Positions 28,177 through 41,345 of a stretch of DNA of 64,000 nucleotides are shown piece by piece. The notes under the pieces are model-generated. The model saw nothing but the letters and a program-made list of their open reading frames with translations, ran no database searches and had not been told where the DNA came from. Each line of letters opens with the position of its first letter. Within the stretch, counting starts at the first letter, position 1. This stretch comes from Eledone cirrhosa. Taxonomy: Eukaryota. The position numbers were made by a program, and so were the translations under genes. The stretch is taken from the NCBI GenBank assembly GCA_964016885.1, contig OZ024742.1:248930001-248994000 (forward strand), written 5' to 3'.

Positions 28177-28180
<4 letters not shown>
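26016..28180 (+). mobile_element. Near-full-length decayed Penelope-like retroelement (RT plus C-terminal GIY-YIG; Hydra-group-like)
   Basis: Frameshifted motifs LRWRALAF, PPKVTELAPFEVDLL, DKTNNIY, FDMLDFYP, MGSFDSADVC, VDFLDINLDL, IWFSPPFS, CSCxxxxxCPL, VVYEAVV, FKECFLNHQSTF, KPY...CGLCIEE, RCPH. HHR at the 3' end; (TA)n at both ends. Confidence 0.92.
28109..28149 (+). ncRNA. Type I hammerhead ribozyme, family 2, in the 3' pLTR of the PLE
   Basis: CCGAG-CTGAAGA-TCCGCTTAAGGC-GAAA-CAATTG-TT^CTCGG, about 180 nt after the end of the GIY-YIG coding region and just before (TA)n. Confidence 0.85.
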
Positions 28181-28244
<64 letters not shown>

Positions 28245-28311
28245 TATGTATGTGAGTGTGTCCATATTGCTTTCTCTTTCTCTGTCTCGCTATCTAACTT
28301 TTGATGTTTTG

Positions 28312-28350
<39 letters not shown>

Positions 28351-28487
28351 TAGATAGATAGATATTTATATATATATATATAATACATATATATATATAT
28401 TGATTATGTAAGTATGTATGTGAGTATTTCTATATCTATTACTTTCTCTCTCTATGTATCTATGTATCTTTTAATGTATATATATAT

Positions 28488-28529
<42 letters not shown>

Positions 28530-28530
<1 letters not shown>

Positions 28531-29130
28531 AGCATTTGAACCCCGACAACTAATAACCCTCTACAAAGCTCGAGAGATACTCACAAGGGTGTAGTAATGT
28601 GACATTTGGACGTGGATGCTATTGTTCACATTGGAGAGTCTTAGAGTGCTGCCAGAGAATAGCCATTGTGCTAAACTGTTTGAAGTTCTTCATTGATACT
28701 ATCCAGTCTCTGTCCTTCAGAGTGTACATTGAGGAAAGCTCATATCTGGTCATAATGTTTAGTGTGTGATCTGGGACACCGGAAGAGGCGAGGAAGATGT
28801 GGATGAAAGTAAAGTATTAAAAAGTTCCAAGACAGGGATATAGTAGCTATAAAAATGTTTGTGAGAGAAGAGACAGCGTGTCCGAGGTCAACTGGTTGGT
28901 ATGTGTTGATCAGAGATTTTATTATCTGTTGGATGTTGGTCTATTAGTAGAGGACACATTATTACCTATAGAAAAGTCAGAATATGGAGACATTAAATCT
29001 CTAGTTGTTAGTGAATGAGTTTATGAGCTCTAGGCGTAGTTGGACATAGTAGAATAGGTAAAAAATCAGAGACTGCAAGCCTGTGATCTAGAGGCTGGAG
29101 TGATTTGGCATATGAGACACGTTGGCAATA
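28530..29130 (-). mobile_element. Highly decayed Penelope RT/thumb remnant
   Basis: Minus-strand fragments such as ...INEELQTV*HNGYSLAAL (the NGYP thumb motif); begins at (TA)n. Confidence 0.5.
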
Positions 29131-30294
29131 AATCGTAGGGCGCTTTTTATTTTATTTTATTTTATTTTATTTTAATTTTGTGATGTAGTCTTTAATATCT
29201 GTATGTGATGCAACAGTATCGTCACATATACGTCTTATGGAGTTATAGAGGCTCCGCTGTAACATTTAAATCTGGTGAGGTGCATCCCACTACTGGTTTG
29301 AACACAACTGATTTTAAAGAGTGAGGGACAGTGAGAAGGATAATGAGAGGGGTTATAGAGGGGTTGTAAAAAAGAAATATAGAAAAAACATTGACACCAG
29401 TATTGAACTAATACTATATTTATTGACATCGAAAGGATGAAAGGCAAAGATGGCCTCTCCTAGATTTGAACTCACAACGTAGAGAGCAAAAACAAACACG
29501 ACAAAACATTCTATCCGACGTTCTAATCGCTAATAAGATAAGGGTGCAGCACTCCATTATATACCCACCCCTACATTCATATAATATATAATGAATTAAA
29601 TGATTCCAACATAGTACATTCATATTAGTCCACTTTGTTGCAAGTATTGATCCCAAATATTCCATTTGAGGATAGCTTTCTCTGTCCCGCATAGGGTTTC
29701 CTGCATTGAGTCATGGATACTACACCCCGTCTATTACTAAGGAGTCCACCTCACCTACTTTTTACACAAAGGGAACAAATTATTGAACAAAACAAAATAA
29801 ATAAAATGTTTGTTTCTACTTTTGGAAAAAGGCCAGCATTTTTCAGGGAAGAGATAAGTGCATTATTGCTATTTTATTTACCCCGTAAGGATGGAAGGCG
29901 TACTAATCTCAACGGTAGTTGAGCTCAGCTTAGGCATCACATTATGTTACAAAAAAGTAGCTATAAAAATTGCTAGGGGAAATAACCTTTAAAAGATTTA
30001 AAAGAGTTATTTCCCTTGGATATTTTTTTTTTCATTTTTTTAAACGTAATTTTTCCAACTTCCTCAAGACAACGACTATTTAGGCAATAAAATACAAAGA
30101 TAAAATAATCCCCCTTATCTCACATGTATCACTGTATTTCTGCCACCCACTCGCTCTCCCTTTCTTTTATCTAGACGTTTTTTCCTCACTTTTGCAAATA
30201 TATTTTTATATAATAATAGTCATATACAATAACACATATCTAAAATCTTTCTCAGGCTCCCTTTCGCGTTATACTCCCGCTCCACACACACGCG

Positions 30295-30335
<41 letters not shown>

Positions 30336-30558
30336 GAGTGTGTGTGTGTGTATTCCATTACTTTATTTTCCAGTTTCATTGCTAATGCACCTAAATATAT
30401 TAATGTGCAATATTGCATAATATTGGATCTGTAACTTTGAATATATTTCATTTTTAGAAAGCAGGCTTAGTATGCCATATACATAGGGTTCATGAATATC
30501 CAGCTTGGAAAGTATGCGTTTTAATAAGGATATGATCTGCATAATCATATCCTTATGG

Positions 30559-30780
30559 TTTGCAGCACAGTGTTACGACCGTTAAGGGGCGTAACTCTAT
30601 GCTGCATTACTGGTACTTTGCAGCACAGAGTTACGACCGTTAAGGGGCGTAACTCTATGCTGCATTACTGGTACTTTGCAGTACAGAGTTACGACCGTTA
30701 ACGGGCGTAACTCTATGCTGCATTACTGGTACTTTGCAGCACAGAGTTACGACCGTTAAGGGGCGTAACTCTATGCTGCA
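30559..30780. repeat. 58-bp tandem repeat x3.8, each unit a hairpin derived from SINE A
   Basis: Units start at 30559, 30617, 30675 and 30733: TTTGCAGCACAGAGTTACG-ACCGTTAAGGGG-CGTAACTCTATGCTGCA-TTACTGGTAC. Confidence 0.95.
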
Positions 30781-30841
30781 AACCTTGGCGTCACTCTCTG
30801 CCGATACTGCCAATCTACCACCGTAGACAAACCGTATAATT

Positions 30842-31022
30842 AATTGTTTCTACTTTTGACACAAGGCCAGCAAATTATCAGTGCATTACTGGTACTTTAT
30901 TTTATCGACCCCGTAAGGATGAAAGGCAAAGTTAACCTCGGTGGGATTTGAACTCAGAATGGCAAGGGCCGTAACTCTATGCGTCAAAGCACGGCGTCCG
31001 ACCCTCTACCGATACTGCCAAA
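30842..31022 (-). mobile_element. SINE family A copy
   Basis: Near-consensus reverse-complement copy. Confidence 0.88.
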
Positions 31023-32203
31023 TAATTAATGATGATTATTGACACGTGGAAGGGATTAATAATAAGAATGACATTTTAATAATTTATTTCTAGGATCTAA
31101 TTACCTATATGTTTATCATGTATGTACAAATGGCAGACATTTAAATATATGAGTAAATTTGGTGAAATGTCTATTTACAGAGGCAACCTTGGTTTAGAAC
31201 TTGGGTCCTTCTGGTATAGGAAATACATTGTGCCGATGAGGCTTTTATATTATAAAGAGCTACTAACGGAAATATACATTAACAGTGGTGGACTTGCCCA
31301 TAAGCTAAATAAGCTATAGCTTAGGTTCATACCCACTCAGGGGACTCTATTTTAAAAATATTATTCTATTTATCATTAGTTTTTATTCTTTAACACTAAA
31401 TCAATATTTCATATAGCACATGGCCTCAGCAGATGTATGTCCAGCTATGTATACTAATGTTAAAACAAGGTTGGTTTATTATTATTGCTGATACAATATA
31501 AAAACTGGCATTCTTTCGACGACATGTGACCCAGTTGATACGATGGACGGAACAACCTGCTTGTGAAATGAACGTGCAAGCAGCTGAGCATCCAACAGAC
31601 CCGAGCCCCCACCACGTAGTTCTCAGAAGGATTATGGGTGACACAGACTGTAACAGGGCTGCTACATCAAATTACAAGTAAAAATGATTTTTTTTCCAGC
31701 TGAATGGACTGGAAGAACGGAAAATAATGTGTCTTGTTGAAGGACACAAAGCACCGCCCGGTATCGAACCCATGACCTTACTATCCTGACCGGAATACCC
31801 TAACCATAAAGCCAAGCACCTTCACACAGTTTGCCGTCAGCGATACTTAGAATCGGCTCGGACTGTGGGAGTTTGGTTCCATTGTGTTCGGACCTGGTAT
31901 ATATATCTATATATTTAGGTTTGTTGGTTCACCACTGGATAGAACTGGTCATTCCGTATGGTCAATCTCAATGTAATATTATGGAGAGCACTCAACGTAA
32001 TGCAACTCACTCGTCTTCGTTTGTGTAGTTGGTGGTGCGAGTACGGAGTTAATTATTATAAAATAACAGGAGGCTAGACTGGTGTAAATCGGCCTCCCTC
32101 GGGGGCCGACTGAGGTAGAAGCTGCTAAATAGTCGGTCGTCCTCTTGTCTCTGATTTTCAGTCCCATGGATTTTATCTGTTATATTCCTTTGTTATATTT
32201 TGA

Positions 32204-32261
32204 ATACCTGATGATGTCACCGGATTCATACTGAACCTGGTCATTGAAATGATCATAGTAT
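32204..32261 (+). ncRNA. Type I hammerhead ribozyme (family-1-like architecture)
   Basis: ATAC-CTGATGA-TGTCACCGGATTCA(TAC)TGAACCTGGTCATT-GAAA-TGATCA-TA^GTAT; palindromic stem III TGATCA. Confidence 0.82.
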
Positions 32262-32573
32262 AATAAACCTTTCAATGATTGTGATACAGTATACTTGACG
32301 CCAATAGCCGAAGCGAAGTGTGCTCAATGCTAAGAGGTGCAATGTTAAATATTATAGAAAGGTGAATATTTAATGAGAGTTAAGCGCAGAAGGTAAGCAG
32401 AGCAAGTATAATCAGAATGAATATGTATATATATTTATCACACCACATAAACTGCATATATAAACATTGCAGCGTATCACACAATTTACATTTTTCTGTA
32501 TCAATTAGTATATGACTGTAAATATCTCATGATCTCTATATATGTCTGTCTATTTTTCTCTCTCTATTTTCAG

Positions 32574-32700
32574 AGGTTCCCTAAACGAATGGACGGTGAA
32601 TTCTCCATATTCATTTACTTTAGCGTTATCTGCCCTTCAGAATCAGACGGTATACCTCCTCATGGTATAGAATATTATGAACTTAAAGCACAGCAATCAG
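32574..32700 (+). CDS. Exon B: RFPKRMDGEFSIFIYFSVICPSESDGIPPHGIEYYELKAQQS
   Basis: TTTTTCTCTCTCTATTTTCAG acceptor and CAG|GTAAC donor. 127 nt, phase 0->1, matching both neighbouring exons. Confidence 0.88.
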
Positions 32701-32821
32701 GTAACACAGTCTAACCCCCAACATCATCAATAGGACAATCTGTCTCAATAATATATCTATATATCCTTACAGTTATCTCTCTCTGTTTCTCTCTCACTCT
32801 CACTCCCTCAACACACCATAC

Positions 32822-32886
<65 letters not shown>

Positions 32887-33044
32887 AGTGTGTGTGTCTG
32901 TGTGTGTCTGTGTGTGTGTGTATGTATGTATGTATGTATATATATATATTTATAGATATATGTGTGTGTGCGTATGTGTGTATATCTATATCTATATATG
33001 TATACATATATATGTATACATATATATATGTATATATAATATAG

Positions 33045-33099
33045 ATGAGATTCTACAGGACTAGAACTGTTTCATTCTTTAGAAATCATCAGGAATCTC

Positions 33100-33101
<2 letters not shown>
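33045..33101 (-). ncRNA. Solitary type I hammerhead ribozyme, family 5
   Basis: Minus strand ATGAGATTC-CTGATGA-TTTC(TAAA)GAAT-GAAA-CAG(TTCTAGTC)CTG-TA^GAATCTCAT. 9-bp stem I. A related 3' half lies at 63481-63523. Confidence 0.9.
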
Positions 33102-33155
<54 letters not shown>

Positions 33156-33251
33156 ATTAAAGGTTAAACAAGGTTCAATTAATATAGTTTCACAATATAT
33201 TAGAAGCACTCCACAGTTTGGTTTTCTGGAGTTATTAATATATATATAATA

Positions 33252-33331
<80 letters not shown>

Positions 33332-33534
33332 TATGTACACGTACATACATATATGTATACCGACGTACAGTAGTATGTATATATTTATACATACATGCAC
33401 ACATATATATATATGCACGTATGGATTCACCGAACATTTATTATAATGCTCGGTGTGTTTGTAAACAAACATCCCGTATTAAGCCGTAGTGTCTAGCAAC
33501 CACCGTTGCTCGTTTGTTCAACACTGACAAAGGA

Positions 33535-33577
33535 ACGCTGTACTAGTTTCAAGCTTGTTAGCTATCGTCAGCAACGT
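33535..33577 (-). ncRNA. Minimal type I hammerhead ribozyme, family 4 (dispersed copy)
   Basis: Minus strand ACGTTG-CTGACGA-TAGCT(AACA)AGCTT-GAAA-CTAG-TA^CAGCGT, in a ~370-bp cassette (33328-33697) between (TA)n tracts. Confidence 0.88.
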
Positions 33578-33695
33578 ATACCTTCCTGCCAGATTGTTGA
33601 ACATATATACTTACCTTATGCATATTAACGGCAGAGTAGCCCAATTTGCATATCGAGTGGGTTAATCGGCCGGGTGCACCGAAAACGATAAACGG

Positions 33696-33807
<112 letters not shown>

Positions 33808-33908
33808 ATATATTTGAAGACTAAAATCCAAAGAGGGCTCGATAAGGATAAATATATATTAAATATATAAGAACCGTAGAGCAAATATTTATTAAAATAA
33901 CGGATTAA

Positions 33909-33959
33909 AGTTTAAGCAAAGAATCCCTGCTTTCACCTTTAACGAGATCTTCTGAAACT
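33909..33959 (-). ncRNA. Hammerhead-like motif, family 3 (CAGAAGA core variant)
   Basis: Minus strand AGTTT-CAGAAGA-TCTCGTTAAAGGT-GAAA-GCAGGGATTCTTTGC-TT^AAACT. Confidence 0.65.
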
Positions 33960-34028
33960 AACAAAGTCAATCTGTGAATGCAGAAGTGAATATTTCAAAA
34001 AACGTTGAAAATAGCTCAGTACTTTGTT

Positions 34029-34079
34029 AGTTTCAGAAGATGCTGTTAAGGGTGAAAGCAGCGATTCTTTGCTTAAACT
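34029..34079 (+). ncRNA. Hammerhead-like motif, family 3 (CAGAAGA core variant)
   Basis: AGTTT-CAGAAGA-TGCTGTTAAGGGT-GAAA-GCAGCGATTCTTTGC-TT^AAACT; inverted partner of 33909-33959. Confidence 0.65.
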
Positions 34080-34095
34080 TTAATCTGTTATTTTA

Positions 34096-34142
<47 letters not shown>

Positions 34143-34624
34143 CTGTAGGCAAATATGTTTACTATACCGTCACGTTAGACGAAGTTCCATGAGAGTTGCC
34201 TACCCCGGGCTCAATACACTCCATCAGTGCCTCTACTGGCCCAAGCTACCTTCATGTCCTTCAGCACTGTATAAGGCAATTAGAATAAATTGCTGATCAA
34301 TGAGAGCTTTCACGTGGATTTTGTAAAACTAGATAGACGTAGAATAGATTTGATTGCAGCAAATCAGTTCTGTCTGGCCCTGTTTAGGGTGGAGTTTAAT
34401 GTCATACAATAGTAAATTATTATTACATATGTATCTCTCTATATACATATACATAAACCCTCTCACAAACGCAGTTACACACACACACATTATATATATA
34501 TACATATATTTACATTTATGTATATATATATATATATAATTAGGATTTAGCTTCAGACACAGCTGTATACAGATATGTAGAGAAATTTCGTATTTCTAAA
34601 GAAACACACACACACACACGCACA

Positions 34625-34768
<144 letters not shown>

Positions 34769-35488
34769 AAATACGTATGACACCGATTATGTTACCAATA
34801 AAATGAAGTTAATTTTGCTTCGTTGTTATATATAGCAAATATATATGTACGGAGGTAGTCCAAAGAGAGTTAATACTGCCAAGTAATGAAATTTTCAAGC
34901 TCAATGTGTTTGTATCATTAGAGATAGAAACTCAGAAGAGATTTTCTATTTAGAATAGATGAAATTAGGGCATATAATACTATAGTGCTTATATAATAAA
35001 TTGACATGACAGAGTGGATTTATTACACTATTTACTTAAAGAGAAACATATTGAGTATAACAAACAATTATTGAATATTGTACATCCTCAGAAGTATTAT
35101 AAATGATTATGCAGCAAGCCCAAAAGAGACGTTTTACCGCCAGTAAACTAAATATATAGCAATGCTTTGTTATACTTAATATTTTTCCTTTTTAACTAAA
35201 GTGAAATAACGTAAGTTTAATAAGATATATGAGACACACTTGTAACATAAAGCTATTACAGAAATCTACTCTGTCAGCTTCATTTATATATATATAAATA
35301 TGCGTGTGTGTGTGTGTGTGAGTGTCTGTCTGTCTGTACAGGCGTGTGTATATATATATATATATATGTATATTGTGTTCAGATCTAGTGACAACTATAG
35401 TCCACGAAAGGCGGAACTCTCTTTCTCTTTCCCTATGTATACACATGCACGCATACATACACACACACACACACACACATACACACAC

Positions 35489-35547
<59 letters not shown>

Positions 35548-35692
35548 TATATAAATAATAATACATTTGAAGACTAACATGCAAAGAGGGTTCAATAAGA
35601 ATAAATATATATCAAATATATATAAAATATATAAGATCCCGTTAAGGGTGAAAGCAGCGATTCTTTGCTTAAACTTTAATCTGTTATTCTAA

Positions 35693-35730
<38 letters not shown>

Positions 35731-35815
35731 CATGTATACATGTATGTATATATATATATATATATATATATGATATTAAATAAATGGAAACTATAATTAT
35801 AAAACCATATTTATT

Positions 35816-35873
35816 TCGTTATATATATTTCAGGGATATCATATTAACAATATGTTATGCCTTCTTCAGACAA
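35816..35873 (-). ncRNA. Type I hammerhead ribozyme (family-1-like architecture)
   Basis: Minus strand TTGT-CTGAAGA-AGGCATAACATATT(GTT)AATATGATATCCCT-GAAA-TATATA-TA^ACGA, within an inverted-repeat cassette between (TA)n tracts. Confidence 0.85.
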
Positions 35874-35986
35874 TTATAGTTTCCATTTATTTAATATCAT
35901 AAATATACTCCAAATACTTGTTGAGTGCTTTTATATCAGTTATAAATATTTACTCGTTGTTAACCCAACAATTTAAATATAACTTT

Positions 35987-36039
<53 letters not shown>

Positions 36040-36760
36040 TACATATAATTGTTTCCCGAAGAAGAACTGAAAGAAGTCACAGTTAAAAATGGTACACCAT
36101 ACAAATTGATTTATTTTACATAAAAATGGCTTCTACAGGAATAGAATGGCTTCATTTGTTTGAAATCATCAGAAATGTACTTTTTCCTATATGGGTCAAT
36201 AACTGTAGTTGGTATGGGTTCCACAGTTGCGTGTCAAAATAATGAATACAAGGAACACAGTTAAATAAGGTACCCCTGATGATTTCAAGTGACTGAAACA
36301 TTTCTAGTTCTGTATAGGTAATCAATATTTGAAATAAATCCTTTTGTTTCAACTTCACTGTTTATTAAATGCCAATGTTTTTTGCCACTGATTGCATTTG
36401 TGAATTGATGTATATGTCTTCTGTCGTATGTATGTATGTATGTATGTAAATATGTATGTGTGTATGTATGTTGTATATATGTATGTAAATATGTATGTGT
36501 GTATGTATGTTGTATGTATGTAAGTATATATGTGTGTATGTATGTTGTATGTATGTATGTACGTATGTATGTATGAAGGTATGTATGTATGTTGTATGTA
36601 TGTTGTATGTATGTTGTATGTATATTGTATGTATGTATGTAGGTTTGTATGTATGTATTTGTGTGTGAATGTATGTAAGTTTGTTTGTATGTTTGTATGT
36701 ATTTTTGTGTGTATGTATGTATGTACGTTTGTATGTACGTATTTTATGTATGTATGTATG

Positions 36761-36978
36761 TGTGAAGGCGTGTGGCTGAGTGGTTAGAGAATTGGATTCA
36801 CAATCTTGAGATTGTGAGTTCGATTCCTGGACCGGGCGATGCGTTATGTCCTTGAGCAAGACACTTTATTTCACGTTGCTCCTTCTACCTGGAGTTGCGA
36901 GCGATAGATAGTATTAGCAACTGGAAAGACCGACGAAAACATTGTTTCCTCGGTCCGATTTGACGAAAGTCGATCGTC
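36761..36978 (+). mobile_element. tRNA-derived SINE family B (CORE/V-like); close paralogue at 50170-50377
   Basis: TGGCTGAGTGG A-box and GTTCGATTCC B-box, then GTCCTTGAGCAAGACACTT. Other copies at ~44730-45035 (+) and 19850-19930, 31500-31828, 39870-39970, 63090-63200 (-). Confidence 0.85.
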
Positions 36979-38288
36979 CTAGTATGTATGTATGTATGTA
37001 TGTATGTACGTATGTAAGTATCTATGTTGTATGTATGTATGTATGAACAAAATCTTCACTTGTTTTGTGTGAGCATGGCCTTTCCTTTTTCGTTTCGATG
37101 TAGCATATGAAGAAAGGAATGTAAGACATTGGGGGGCTAAAACGTCATGTTCGTGCCTCCCATATATGAGAAAAAGATCAAATGATAGCAATTCTTGTAA
37201 CTGAGATCCAGCCATTATGTATATATGTACATGTGTGTCTATGCATCTATATATTTATATAACAATAATAATATGAAAATTATTGTGTACAGTGCTCAGG
37301 TGCATTACAACTCATCAAAGGTGCAGGTATAGTACATAGAATAATGTACAATTGTCAGGAAAGTGAACAGTGTATGACACATGATATCCACACATATACT
37401 TGCGTGCGTATGTATGGAGAGTGAATATCAGGTGTAATGTAAGTGTGTACATATTGGGATACGCTGACGGTCTGAGCATACATTCATGCACCAATAAAGT
37501 GTAAACAGCGCTAGATTATTCCTTTGAGTTTTCTACCCATCGTCTCTTCGTTGAAGAAATGAAATCGTGGGACAGCAATAACAACTGATTGAATAAAACT
37601 CGATACTTCACTTGTACTTTATTGTATCGATCAGTAACTAGATGTTACTGTATTTTAATGAACTCCACACTTTCACAGTTACGTTATCTTATCGACCCCA
37701 CTACTCAACTAGTACTTGTTTTATTCCATCGACCTCAATAGTTCACTGGTATTTTATTTTATTGAACTAAATAAGTCAATGGTACTTTATTTATCGACCT
37801 CTATATTTCGTCCTATGGAAGAATGAACGGGTTGATTGCAAACATTTCGGCCAGATCCATAGAGAATATATTTGAGAATAATTCTCTCCCTCCCGTCTTC
37901 TTACCAGTCACTGATAAAGATTTTGGGCCTCACTGTCCCTATTTTTCCGACAAATTAACAGCCAAAAATAATAGAATCACATAATAGTGTCTAATGCTTT
38001 AGCGACTCTACGAAAACAAGGAAAAAAATTAATAATTGCTAGGGGAAGTAACTTTGTAATTAATAAACAAGAGTTATCCTGCTTGATTAAAAGTAATATT
38101 TTCTTTTATGACTGTTTGGTTTATCATGGCGCCAAACGATGTAAAATGAATGGTATATATGTCATGTGTAGGTGTATGTATCTATCTATAATGTACATGT
38201 GTGCGTCTACTCGTGTATACATTTGTATGTCTTGTGAATGTATGTTTGAAAACATATATGTATATATGTATGTTTATTTGTATATGTA

Positions 38289-38368
38289 CAGTGTGTCCCC
38301 CCAAAAATGTATACACATTTCAACAACATTCTAATAAATATGTGTATACATTTTTTGGGGACACCCTG
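38289..38368. mobile_element. 80-bp Tc1/mariner-type MITE
   Basis: TA|CAGTGTGTCCCCCCAAAAATGTATACACAT ... ATGTGTATACATTTTTTGGGGACACCCTG|TA; ~30-bp TIRs and TA TSD. Confidence 0.85.
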
Positions 38369-38750
38369 TACATATACAAATATACATATTATATATATAT
38401 GTGTATGTGTATTTATATATGCTTGTGTGGGTGTGTGTGTTTGTGTGTGTACGTGTGGATGTGTGTGTGGGTGTTTGTGTGGGTGTGTGGATGCGTGGAT
38501 GTGTGGATGTGTGTGTGTGGATGTGTGTGTGGATGTGTTTGTGTGGATGTGTGTGTATGTGTGTGTGGATGTGCGTGTGTGGATGTGTGTGTATGCGTGT
38601 GTGTGTGTGTGTATGTGCGTGTGTGGATGTGTGTGTGTTTGTGTGGATGTGTGTGTATGTATATCAGTGGACGTGTTGACATGGAAAGCTAACGTACCAT
38701 CCCGGTGCATTAGGTCTCTCTCTTCACAATTCACTTTTGATCGTCAACAG

Positions 38751-38867
38751 ATCCGTGGAATTGTGAGGATGACCACGAAGAATGTCGAGAAATCATGCGA
38801 CGTGGCCGTTGTACGAAGGAGGGTGGCAAATACTACCTCCATTGTCAACGATCGTGTGGACTTTGCG
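38751..38867 (+). CDS. Exon C, ShKT domain: DPWNCEDDHEECREIMRRGRCTKEGGKYYLHCQRSCGLC
   Basis: CAACAG acceptor and G|GTAAGC donor. 117 nt, symmetric phase 1-1. Six cysteines spaced C-x6-C-x8-C-x10-C-x3-C-x2-C, with C.D start and CxxSCGLC end, the ShK/SXC pattern. Confidence 0.92.
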
Positions 38868-39592
38868 GTAAGCGACCTCATCAAGTACTTCTTCATTGTG
38901 TTGAGGCGGTGACCTGCCATTGGGTGCTGGCGGTTGTGTTGGTGGGGGTGTAGTGGTAATGGCAGGGATGTTGGTGGTGTTGGTAATGGGGGTGGGTGGG
39001 GGGGTGATTGTGGTAGTGGTGGTGTTGATGGTGGTGGTGGTGGTGGTGGTGGTGGTTCTAATGGTGGTGGCGGTGGTGGTGGTGGTGGTGGTGGTGATGG
39101 TGGTGGTGGTGGTGTTGATGGTGGTAGTGGTGGTGGTTCTAATGGTGGTGGTGGTGGTGATGGTGGTGGTGGTGGGTGTGTGGTGGTGGTAGTGCTGCTG
39201 CTGCTTTTGGAGGATCTAGCGGTGGCAGTAGGGCCATTGTTGATGCTGTTAGTTGTCTAGGTGGTGGTCGTGTTGGTGGATGTAGTTATGATGGGGGCTA
39301 TGGTGTAGGTAGTGGTGGTGTGGAGGAGAGGGTGGTGGTGATGCTGAGGATGATGATGCTGGTAGTGGTTGTGATGGTGGTCATGGAGGCTGTGGCGAAG
39401 GTGGTATGGATCAGGGGGTTGTGCTGATGATGGTGGTTGTGGTGGTGGTGGTGGTAGTGGTGGTGGTGGTAGTAGTGGTGGATGAGCTGATGACGATGAG
39501 TTACTGTCAGCAATGTTGGCCGTGACACACATACAAAATCATGTGCAGTATCACAATCACATTTAGTCACACTCACACACACACACACACAG

Positions 39593-39624
<32 letters not shown>

Positions 39625-39662
39625 GCACACACACACTCACACACACACACACATGCACACGC

Positions 39663-39714
<52 letters not shown>

Positions 39715-40019
39715 ACACACATATTTCCACCATTCATCATTCACCTTACTGTGTGGTGTGGAACTCGTCAGATTGGGTCAACGGAACCATGTTTCCATCG
39801 GACTTACCAATTACTCACACACTCTACCGGTTGCAACTCCTGGTAGAAGAAGTAACATGAAATAAACTGTCTTGCACAAAGGCATCGTGTGTTTTCCTCT
39901 CCTGGAATCGAACTCACAACCTTACGATTCTGAACCCAAATCCCTAACAAATAAAGCCAACTTGCCTTCACATACATACATACGCGCATGTATGTATATA
40001 CGCGTGCACACACATACAT

Positions 40020-40818
<799 letters not shown>

Positions 40819-40910
40819 ATGACGCCGACGGCGGAGTTCAAGTCGTTTCGCCAGCTATTTCTGGAAATAGCCGTCGAAAGAGCTTGGGCTCTGCCATCGG
40901 GGTCATACAT

Positions 40911-40941
<31 letters not shown>

Positions 40942-41027
40942 GGTGTGTGTGTGTGTGTGTGTGTGTCCCAAGGCTCTGATACCATCAACACTATACACAC
41001 AGAGCTGGCATATCTAAGAACTGACAA

Positions 41028-41083
41028 ACTGCCTGATGAGGTCATAGCCATTCAATGGCTATCATCGAAATATATATAGCAGT
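41028..41083 (+). ncRNA. Type I hammerhead ribozyme, family 1
   Basis: ACTGC-CTGATGA-GGTCATAGCCA(TTCAA)TGGCTATCATC-GAAA-TATATA-TA^GCAGT. Compensatory C-G to T-A change in stem II relative to the other copies. Confidence 0.9.
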
Positions 41084-41124
41084 AAATAAAGGATTATGAG
41101 TTCATGCAATTGACTTATGTTTCG

Positions 41125-41192
<68 letters not shown>

Positions 41193-41259
41193 CAAGGTTT
41201 AGCAAATAAGAAAAAGTTTTAAAATAAATTTTAAAAAATTCACTCTACCTGCTATGGTT

Positions 41260-41345
41260 ACCTTTACCGTACGGTTTCGAGTCTCAAAAATAAATGGATA
41301 GTCCTTGCCGGCCTCCATTGAAAAGAAAAACTCTCGTCAGAAGGT
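41260..41345 (-). ncRNA. Type I hammerhead ribozyme, family 7
   Basis: Minus strand ACCTT-CTGACGA-GAGT...AATGGA...TCCATT...ACTC-GAAA-CCGTACGG-TA^AAGGT; palindromic stem III CCGTACGG. Confidence 0.87.

Noticed and set aside
30559-30780. CRISPR-like array of palindromic repeats
   Set aside because: No unique spacers and no cas genes; eukaryotic context; the unit derives from the local SINE.
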